A stretch of DNA of 8,657 nucleotides from Octopus sinensis. Its lineage: Eukaryota. Every line of letters starts with the position of its first letter. The stretch's first letter is position 1. The notes beneath the pieces are model-generated. The model did no database searches, was not told where the DNA came from, and saw only the letters and a list, made by a program, of their open reading frames with translations. Below, in pieces: positions 1-6,334 of this stretch. The DNA lies in the NCBI RefSeq assembly GCF_006345805.1, contig NW_021828383.1:1-8657 (forward strand), read 5' to 3'. Made by a program: the position numbers and the translations under genes.

Positions 1-3000
1 GTAACAAGAGACAGTGACAGAAATTATGTCCATTGTCCATCTTCTGTGACCAGTTTCACCAGAATCAGTGAAGACATGGTTCTGGCAACCCTCCCCTTCA
101 AGAAATGATTCTTATTATCAGCCCCAAAACCTTCAAGATCAAAAGGATACAGTTGGGGTTACATATGGTGAGTTACTTGGAAGATTCTACACTTATAGGT
201 GTAGAAATGTTTGGTAAGATAGTTTACCAATTTGATTGGGAGGATAACACTATTAACTATCAATTTATTACCAAAGAAACCCCTACAGATATTGCTGTAG
301 GGGTCCAGAATATACTTGTAATTACATTCGCCAGCATCAACAGAGTAATCTGTTACAAACTGGATGGCCAACAGTTATGGGAGGTAGAGACCCATTCTCT
401 GCACCTCCCAAGTAAAATCTCTCTGTACCAAAATTATTTCTATGTCCTCCAGGGACAAATAATTTATAGGATTTCAGCTAAAGGTGGTGTAACAAGGAGG
501 GACGTTGGCAGGAAATGCCGCTCTATTTCTGTTGGTAAAGATACCATTTTGGTAACAGATTATTGTGGCAAACCACATGGTATTCAAATGAATAAAGACT
601 TTTGGCCCAAACTGTCATACAACCACCAGCTACATACCCCCAGTTTAAAAGACTATATTGATATTGAGGATTGCTACAACATTACAAATATTCTACCTAT
701 GTCTACATCTTCTATATTAATAATTTACAAAAACAAGAAAGCTAAATTATTCACTGATAATGGGGAAATAATTAACCAAAATAATTCAGTTTTCTTTGAG
801 CTTCCTTCTTTCTGTTGTAGAATAAACGCAAACAGATTCCTGGTATTTTATCGTGAAAAGAAAGGGTTTCAGTATATCACCTGTCCTGAACTAAGAAAAG
901 GCCCTTTAATAAAGGTGCAAACTGGTTACATGAAAATATGTCATATCGTATCTAATAAGTGTTTAGCTGTGACCACCACTGAAAACAAAAGCGAGGTCCA
1001 TATCCTCTTGATCAACGAAGATAGAGTTGACATTGCAGAAAGAATTTCTCTGGGACATCATAATGTCAGCATTGCTGCAACTCCAATTAATTTTGTAGTC
1101 GTAGATGGAAACGAAAATAAAATGGTATTTTATTCCACATGTGGTGAAGAACTTTTTCAAAAATACCTTCCATTCTATGGCTACCCTCATCACATCTACT
1201 CTGATAATGTTTATTTCTACGTCCTCTTCAAGAGACACTCTATTCTCAGATGTTATGATATATATGGAGAAATTAAATGGCAGTGGGAACTGCCTTTCCC
1301 TGTTCACCCTGACATTACTGTTTTCCAAGGAACTCTTTATGTCCCGGACACTCAACTCAACAGGGTTCTTCTTTACAAGTATCAAGACCGGTCGTCTGGC
1401 TGTTGTTTACCCATTAAAAATCCTTATATCAGAAATCTAAATCTACGACTCAAAGAAAAGGAGAATGACCAAAAACTTCTCATTGGCGAAATATGTAATC
1501 TGTCCAATGGACAGTTAGTGGTGTCCGACATCAACCATGATTGCTTGTTATACATTTCTCAGGAAGGAGACATTGTGTCCAGATTTTCTCTGCCGTCTAC
1601 AGCCACAGATATATGTCGATGGGATTCTAATCATATAGGTATCACATTACCCCTACAGAAACAATTAAGGGTCATCGGAAACCTATCAAAGACAGTGAGA
1701 AGTGTATCATTAAGGCAGCCTTATGTACGGGTGTGTAAGATGGGTGAAGGTGAAATTGTTTGTTATTGTGATAAACCATCACATTTAAACATTTTAGCCA
1801 TCATTTATTATAATCAAGTTGAAGTAATTAAGACAATTAATATCCCTGTTTTTGTGAAATCATTATCAATAGACAAGAAAACAGAAAAGCTATTAATTGT
1901 TACTAAGGAAAAAGTTTTTCAGTACAACACTAGAATAGGTGGTGGTGGTCATGGCGGTCGTCAAATGGTCCCCAGTGTTTTAATGTCCCAAGTGAAACGT
2001 CCCCTCAATCTCCAAGGTGGATCTATTGACCAAACGTTTGTTTATCTGATAGACAGAAGCCGTATGTTTGCCATAAACGATCAGAATTTGTTGGTTAATG
2101 ATCTCGTTACTAATAATCAACTTAATTATTATATCGACCTGGTGGATGTATTTTCTAGAAATATTTCTCTCAGTGAAATGTTGTCTTCCACTTTATATCT
2201 ACAGGACCTGACAGTTTCTGATAAAGCCAGACATATTCCTCTCCCTAAACATTTGGGAGACAAAGAACCAGTGAAGATTAATCATTTGGTTCTTACTGAA
2301 AATAATCTGATTGCAGGATGTGACGAGAAGAATGGAAACATTAAGATATTCACATTGGATGGTCAGCTTTTGGATTCAATAAAAGTGAATGTTTATAAAT
2401 GTATTAGAATGTGTCGATGGCAGTCAAACACACTGGTCATTACGTGTAGGGATCTTTATAATAAACACCAACTGTTGACATTAAAAGTGGAATTTCAATT
2501 GTCGTTGGTAATTTACCAAATGAGAAATAATTATAAATGTGTGGCTTCTTTATCAAACAATCAACTGGTTTTGAGTGAATCGGGAGATGGAAGACATTTG
2601 CATTTTGTTGATATTGATGAAATACATTCGAGTGTGAAGGAAATAAAAAAAATAGACATACCTGAACCATTAATAAGGAGAAAAGAAGATGGAAATTATT
2701 TTGATGACATCCAGGATATTAAAGTTACTGATGAAGATGTCATCATTGTCTTAAACAGGAGATTCATCATTTTCTTCGACAGTGATGGTCAATATTTACA
2801 TTCAGTCAGACACTACATGGAGTATTTTGGTAATGATGACAGGATGACAATTGATGACAGTTTTTTGTACATTTATGGTCAGTGGGGGAAATATTTTGGT
2901 TCACATAAATATCGAAACATTTTGTGTTTGACCCAGAATGGGGAATACAAGAGAATATTCTTGAATGAAAGAATTTATAAAGAAGAAGTATTTTTCGTCA

Positions 3001-4761
3001 GTATAGACTGTAAAGGACCAAGGTTTGTTGGAAGCCCCAGGAGGGTAATGAGAGGGAATGAATTGTATGTTGAAGGGTTGTTTATGGTGAATCGAGACAG
3101 TGTCCCGGTTGCTCGTTTACAAACAGACGAATGTCCTGTTCAAGTAAAAGATTTTGATGTTTCTGAGGAAGGAAAGACAGTTGTGTGTGAAAAAGCCAAT
3201 AATGAAAATGTTAAAATATTCGATGAAGACGGCCAGTTGCTACGTCACAGAAATGTTGCAAGTTTAGTTGGTGGTGTGTGTTTTACACAAGAATCACACA
3301 TAATGGCCACGGTTCCTAAAAGAAAAGAAATATTTCAACTGAATGGAGATTTGCAGACATCTAAAGTTTGGCCAAGTCTCATCCCTTATGGTGTAATATG
3401 GAGAAATGTGGGGGGTATTTACTGGTGTGTACATATTGAATTGATTGAATGTCATTGCATAAAGATTGATGGGGACCAAGTGAACATTCTGGAATCTGTG
3501 TCATTATTAAATCTTGATTCTGGTCTTCGTTTCCCTTCCATTACATCTGAAACAAACAAGGAAATATTCAGTAATGAATTAATTAATAAATTGGAATACA
3601 GAGGAGGAGATGGAGGAGGAAGAAGAAGAGGTAAATCAGGTGAAATAATTGTTAAAGGTAGATTAAAGGTGAGATGTGGTAATTACATAGCAGAGATTAG
3701 TAATTTAGGAATTGATGAAATATCAGTGAGGAGACTTCCATATAGGACAGCAATGGTCCCTTTTTCCATTCCTGCATTCGAGGAACCTGTTGATTATGAT
3801 TTGAGGGACATTAGGGACCTGAACAGTAAACTAATTAAGTTAGATGAGAATGTGAGTGTGTTGATGTTTCGAGAAAGTGTCACATTAATCAGAACAACAA
3901 CAACAACAACAGTGGACATACTTCAACATGAACAACAACAACGACCAGCACTGGACATATGTCGGTGGACAGAGGATGTTTCATTGTCGCCTTGGGAGAG
4001 AAATGAGGGTCTTCAACAGGGATCTCTGTCGTTTAAAAACCATCAGAACTGAGAAATACTACAACAGGATTTATAAATACAACGACAATCAACTCGTGTG
4101 TGGTGGTCATTATATTAGAGACATAACTCAAGAAGAGAGACACAAGAAATACCAAAGAAGATGGAGAAACAACAAGGATTACTATTATTGCATTGACCCC
4201 GACATCTTTGACCCTTATTATGTGGACGTGGTTGATTTCGAAGATGGGAAATGTAAAGATGAAGTGTGTCGTGGGAAGATGAGGAGATGGAGAAGCTTGG
4301 AGGGAGATGAAGGGGTGGATGGAGTGGGAGTCACATCTTTTGGTGATGTTTTTGTTTTGAGGAGGGAGATGAAGGAAGAGGGGTTTGGAAGATGGGAAGT
4401 TTTTTGTTTTGTGGAATGGTTCAGGGAAAAGTCTTTGGTGAGGAAGATAAGAATAGAAGAAAGAATGTTTTATAGTACGGAAGATTATATTGCAAAAACT
4501 GGTCTGATCATAGTTGGTGAATGTGTTTATATAACAGATACAAGAAACAATATTTATGAAATACCTCGACATATTGAAGAGGAAACATCTGAATATGATG
4601 AAATCCTGGGATTTGGATATAATCCAAAATATTTACTCCTCAGATGGGATGATAATGAAGTCTTTGAAGTTCTTGGTTTGGATGTTTCAGACAATTCTTT
4701 TAGGGTTTTTGGAATTATTCCTGGACGTCAACCTTTTGCTTTCTTTTATTTTGACAAATAA
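1..4761 (+). CDS. 5'-truncated, frameshift-interrupted gene for a large multi-beta-propeller (NHL-like, probably six-bladed) repeat protein, >=~1,587 aa after repairing three 1-nt indels
   Basis: Frame 1 is open from 1 to 105 (VTRDSDRNYVHCPSSVTSFTRISEDMVLATLPFKK), then continues in ORF 105..4052 and in ORF 3928..4761, ending at TAA 4759-4761. NHL-type blade motifs recur throughout: GTLYVPDTQLNRVLLY, NGQLVVSDINHDCLLYISQEG, NIKIFTLDGQLL, NVKIFDEDGQLL, IIFFDSDGQYL, RVICYKLDGQQL, GECVYITDTRNNIYEI. A (D/M)xCRW-type anchor recurs with Cys-position codons at ~58, 816, 1614, 2412, 3279 and 3960. The fold call comes from motif recognition, not an HMM search. Confidence 0.8.
105..4052 (+). CDS. Main uninterrupted ORF segment (1315 aa) of the beta-propeller repeat gene; the ATG at 105 is probably internal and the last ~25 codons (after ~3977) are probably out of frame
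   Basis: 3.9 kb without a stop in ~33% GC DNA cannot be chance. Beta-strand-rich NHL-like repeats are present. The homologous module pattern continues upstream in frame 1 and downstream in the 3928..4761 frame. Confidence 0.85.
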   Translation: MILIISPKTFKIKRIQLGLHMVSYLEDSTLIGVEMFGKIVYQFDWEDNTINYQFITKETPTDIAVGVQNILVITFASINRVICYKLDGQQLWEVETHSLHLPSKISLYQNYFYVLQGQIIYRISAKGGVTRRDVGRKCRSISVGKDTILVTDYCGKPHGIQMNKDFWPKLSYNHQLHTPSLKDYIDIEDCYNITNILPMSTSSILIIYKNKKAKLFTDNGEIINQNNSVFFELPSFCCRINANRFLVFYREKKGFQYITCPELRKGPLIKVQTGYMKICHIVSNKCLAVTTTENKSEVHILLINEDRVDIAERISLGHHNVSIAATPINFVVVDGNENKMVFYSTCGEELFQKYLPFYGYPHHIYSDNVYFYVLFKRHSILRCYDIYGEIKWQWELPFPVHPDITVFQGTLYVPDTQLNRVLLYKYQDRSSGCCLPIKNPYIRNLNLRLKEKENDQKLLIGEICNLSNGQLVVSDINHDCLLYISQEGDIVSRFSLPSTATDICRWDSNHIGITLPLQKQLRVIGNLSKTVRSVSLRQPYVRVCKMGEGEIVCYCDKPSHLNILAIIYYNQVEVIKTINIPVFVKSLSIDKKTEKLLIVTKEKVFQYNTRIGGGGHGGRQMVPSVLMSQVKRPLNLQGGSIDQTFVYLIDRSRMFAINDQNLLVNDLVTNNQLNYYIDLVDVFSRNISLSEMLSSTLYLQDLTVSDKARHIPLPKHLGDKEPVKINHLVLTENNLIAGCDEKNGNIKIFTLDGQLLDSIKVNVYKCIRMCRWQSNTLVITCRDLYNKHQLLTLKVEFQLSLVIYQMRNNYKCVASLSNNQLVLSESGDGRHLHFVDIDEIHSSVKEIKKIDIPEPLIRRKEDGNYFDDIQDIKVTDEDVIIVLNRRFIIFFDSDGQYLHSVRHYMEYFGNDDRMTIDDSFLYIYGQWGKYFGSHKYRNILCLTQNGEYKRIFLNERIYKEEVFFVSIDCKGPRFVGSPRRVMRGNELYVEGLFMVNRDSVPVARLQTDECPVQVKDFDVSEEGKTVVCEKANNENVKIFDEDGQLLRHRNVASLVGGVCFTQESHIMATVPKRKEIFQLNGDLQTSKVWPSLIPYGVIWRNVGGIYWCVHIELIECHCIKIDGDQVNILESVSLLNLDSGLRFPSITSETNKEIFSNELINKLEYRGGDGGGRRRGKSGEIIVKGRLKVRCGNYIAEISNLGIDEISVRRLPYRTAMVPFSIPAFEEPVDYDLRDIRDLNSKLIKLDENVSVLMFRESVTLIRTTTTTTVDILQHEQQQRPALDICRWTEDVSLSPWERNEGLQQGSLSFKNHQN
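3928..4761 (+). CDS. C-terminal segment (remainder of the last propeller module) of the same gene; real coding portion starts at ~3994
   Basis: REMRVFNRDLCRLKTIRTEKYYNRIYKYNDNQLVC parallels module D (NNYKCVASLSNNQLVL). GVGVTSFGDVFVL and GECVYITDTRNNIY are propeller-blade-like. The first ~22 codons (MNNNNDQH...) are a shifted reading of the CAA repeat. Confidence 0.75.
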   Translation: MNNNNDQHWTYVGGQRMFHCRLGREMRVFNRDLCRLKTIRTEKYYNRIYKYNDNQLVCGGHYIRDITQEERHKKYQRRWRNNKDYYYCIDPDIFDPYYVDVVDFEDGKCKDEVCRGKMRRWRSLEGDEGVDGVGVTSFGDVFVLRREMKEEGFGRWEVFCFVEWFREKSLVRKIRIEERMFYSTEDYIAKTGLIIVGECVYITDTRNNIYEIPRHIEEETSEYDEILGFGYNPKYLLLRWDDNEVFEVLGLDVSDNSFRVFGIIPGRQPFAFFYFDK

Positions 4762-4781
4762 ATATTTCCAGAAATATTAAA
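4757..4781 (+). promoter_or_regulatory. Candidate polyadenylation signals: AATAAA (4757-4762, overlapping the stop codon) and ATTAAA (4776-4781)
   Basis: Both hexamers are seen directly and are followed by a U/GU-rich tract ((TTC)n(TTG)n, 4783-4823). Such hexamers are common by chance in AT-rich DNA. Confidence 0.35.
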
Positions 4782-4782
4782 C

Positions 4783-4823
4783 TTCTATCTTCTTCTTCTT
4801 CTTCTTATTGTTGTTGTTGTTGT
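4783..4823. repeat. Compound trinucleotide microsatellite (TTC)n-(TTG)n
   Basis: tcttcttcttcttcttctt a ttgttgttgttgttgt. Confidence 0.9.
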
Positions 4824-4825
4824 AA

Positions 4826-4853
4826 GTGGCTTCGCCCGGGAATCGAACCTGCA
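4826..4853 (-). other. tRNA 3'-half-like / Pol III B-box fragment (possible SINE or tRNA-pseudogene remnant)
   Basis: Minus strand reads GCAGGTTCGATTCCCGGGCGAAGCCAC, which contains the B-box consensus GGTTCGANNCC (4839-4849). No convincing A-box or cloverleaf. Confidence 0.4.
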
Positions 4854-4916
4854 TCGCATACATTGCATTCTACACACTAACAATTACTGTTGTAACATTC
4901 CTCAACACACTTTCTT

Positions 4917-5012
4917 TGTGTGTGTGTGTGTGTGTATATATATACAGTATATATATATACATATATATATATATACATATATTTATATATATATATACGT
5001 ACACACATATTT
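4917..5012. repeat. Compound (TG)n/(TA)n microsatellite
   Basis: tgtgtgtgtg...tatatatata...acacacatat. Confidence 0.95.
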
Positions 5013-5081
5013 ACGAATGTATGTATAGAAATAAGGCTATAAACATAAGTATGAACTCACTTTTGAATATATACACATAAC

Positions 5082-5133
5082 GAGGTGCTCCAGCATGGCC
5101 ACATTCAGATCACTGAAAACAAGTAAAAAAGAA
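5082..5133 (+). mobile_element. 3'-terminal fragment of a SINE (same family as 5811-5952 and 8089-8296)
   Basis: gaggtgctccagcatggccacattcagatcactgaaaacaagtaaaa matches the reverse complement of 5821-5866 (aggcgtctccagcatggccgcagtcaaatgtctgaaacaagtaaaa) and ends in an A-rich tail. Confidence 0.75.
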
Positions 5134-5179
5134 TGTGTAACGGTTCTGGGACAATTTTGCAGTTTTACAAAAATGTGAA

Positions 5180-5277
5180 TATACACGTGTGTGTGTGTAT
5201 ATATACATATATATGAGTGTGTGTGTGTTTATGTAATGTTTAAATATGCACGTTTGTGTGTATATATATGTATGCAG

Positions 5278-5313
<36 letters not shown>
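5180..5313. repeat. Imperfect (TG)n/(TA)n microsatellite tract
   Basis: Alternating gtgtgt and tatata runs. Confidence 0.9.
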
Positions 5314-5761
5314 GCTTGCATTTTTGAGTTTGTTGGCACTGTTAGTGTCAAGCAGATCTTCAGAAGCGATAAGAAGCCGAAAGGGTATGCTCCCACTTTC
5401 AGTGTTTTCAAATCTAAACCAGGGAGTTCTGAGCTGATGATAGAAATGTCGAGTTGACTACTCTTGAAACGTACGTTCTCAAATAACCTTTGCATTTGAT
5501 TTTTTAATGTCTTTACCCCCATACTTCCGTGAGTTGAATTGAGCAAACACTATATGAGAGAGGTTTCTTTAAGTATTAGAAATAGTTTAAAAAAAGTTTT
5601 TTTGGCTGCTATTTGTAATGAGTTCAGTATGCGGCAAAGTAATTTATTTTACTAAGCCTTTTATATAATGTAATAATTTGAATTCGCCTTAAATGGTCCC
5701 TTTGCATACTGAATACTTGGTGAAATTGATTAATTAATTAATTTTACCCTCAATTGTTGAA

Positions 5762-5803
5762 ATATATATATATATCTATATATATATAGATATATATATA
5801 TGT
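5762..5803. repeat. (TA)n microsatellite with symmetric C/G interruptions (perfect palindrome)
   Basis: atatatatatCtatatatatataGatatatatat. Confidence 0.9.
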
Positions 5804-5810
5804 ATCTTTC

Positions 5811-5950
5811 GCTTTTTCTCTTTTACTTGTTTCAGACATTTGACTGCGGCCATGCTGGAGACGCCTTTAATCGAGCAACTCGACCCCAGGACTTATTCTT
5901 TGTAAGCCCAGTACTTATTCTATCGGTCTCTTTTGCTGAACGCTAAGTGA

Positions 5951-5952
<2 letters not shown>
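5811..5952 (-). mobile_element. 3' half of an abundant Octopus-type SINE, minus strand
   Basis: The reverse complement reads cgtcacttagcgttcagcaaaagagaccgatagaataagtactgggcttacaaagaataagtcctggggtcgagttgctcgattaaaggcgtctccagcatggccgcagtcaaatgtctgaaacaagtaaaagagaaaaag. Its tail is shared with 5082-5133 and its start overlaps the end of 8089-8296. It is flanked by (TA)n on both sides. The family identity is from recollection of octopus repeats, not a search. Confidence 0.75.

Positions 5953-5953
<1 letters not shown>

Positions 5954-5985
<32 letters not shown>
5954..5985. repeat. (AT)n microsatellite
   Basis: Pure AT dinucleotide run. Confidence 0.95.
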
Positions 5986-5988
<3 letters not shown>

Positions 5989-6061
5989 TGCAGTACGTAT
6001 AGGAATGTCTGGTCTGAAACCAGAGACTTTCATAATCATTGATACTCCAATAAAAGGCAGA

Positions 6062-6190
6062 CAACCAACAACAACAACAACACCAGACGACCACCGCCAC
6101 TGCCTCCATCATCATCACCACCACCACCGCCTCCATCATCATCACCATCATCATCATCGTCGTCATCAGCGTTGTGTGTGCGTGTGTGCA
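6062..6190. repeat. Compound trinucleotide repeat (CAA)n/(CCA)n/(CAT)n with an internal ~27-bp-period duplication, followed by (TG)n
   Basis: gcctccatcatcatcacca occurs at 6102-6120 and 6129-6147. Confidence 0.9.
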
Positions 6191-6229
6191 GTCTGCATCT
6201 GACAGTTTTTAACGTTTAATAAGAATAGA

Positions 6230-6316
6230 TTGTTGTTGTTGTTGTTGCAGTGACATTCCAACTGCACACACGCACAAACATTGCCTTTCGTCCTCGTAGG
6301 GTTGTTGTTGTTGTTG
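6230..6316. repeat. Two (GTT)n microsatellites (6230-6247 and 6301-6316)
   Basis: ttgttgttgttgttgttg; gttgttgttgttgttg. Confidence 0.9.
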
Positions 6317-6334
6317 GGGGTTCATACAAAAGAG

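Noticed and set aside
100-175. Rescue of the TGA at 106-108 by A-to-I editing or readthrough, or programmed frameshifting
   Set aside because: Readthrough in frame 1 meets another stop about 21 codons later. No canonical X-XXY-YYZ slippery site is present at any of the three breaks.
105-4052. Assigning a gene symbol such as TRIM71/lin-41, brat, TRIM2/3 or teneurin
   Set aside because: Only generic NHL-like blade motifs are visible. No RING, B-box, filamin, EGF or YD-repeat regions occur in the window.
159-4572. Antisense and alternate-frame ORFs inside the large gene (159..371, 963..1385, 1105..1440, 2440..2670, 3294..3479, 4033..4572)
   Set aside because: They are shadow ORFs of the real coding frame with no recognisable motifs.
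4826-4900. Intact tRNA gene on the minus strand
   Set aside because: Only a B-box/T-loop-like motif is present; no acceptor, D or anticodon stems could be built.
4826-5457. ORFs 4826..5080, 5110..5313, 5191..5457, 5246..5437 with CVCV/YIYI runs
   Set aside because: They are translations of (TG)n/(TA)n microsatellites, which lack stops in some frames.
5915-6202. Poly-His ORF (5984..6202 +) and poly-Met/Val/Cys ORF (5915..6166 -)
   Set aside because: Both derive from (CAT)n/(CCA)n/(CAA)n simple repeats; there is no other coding signal.
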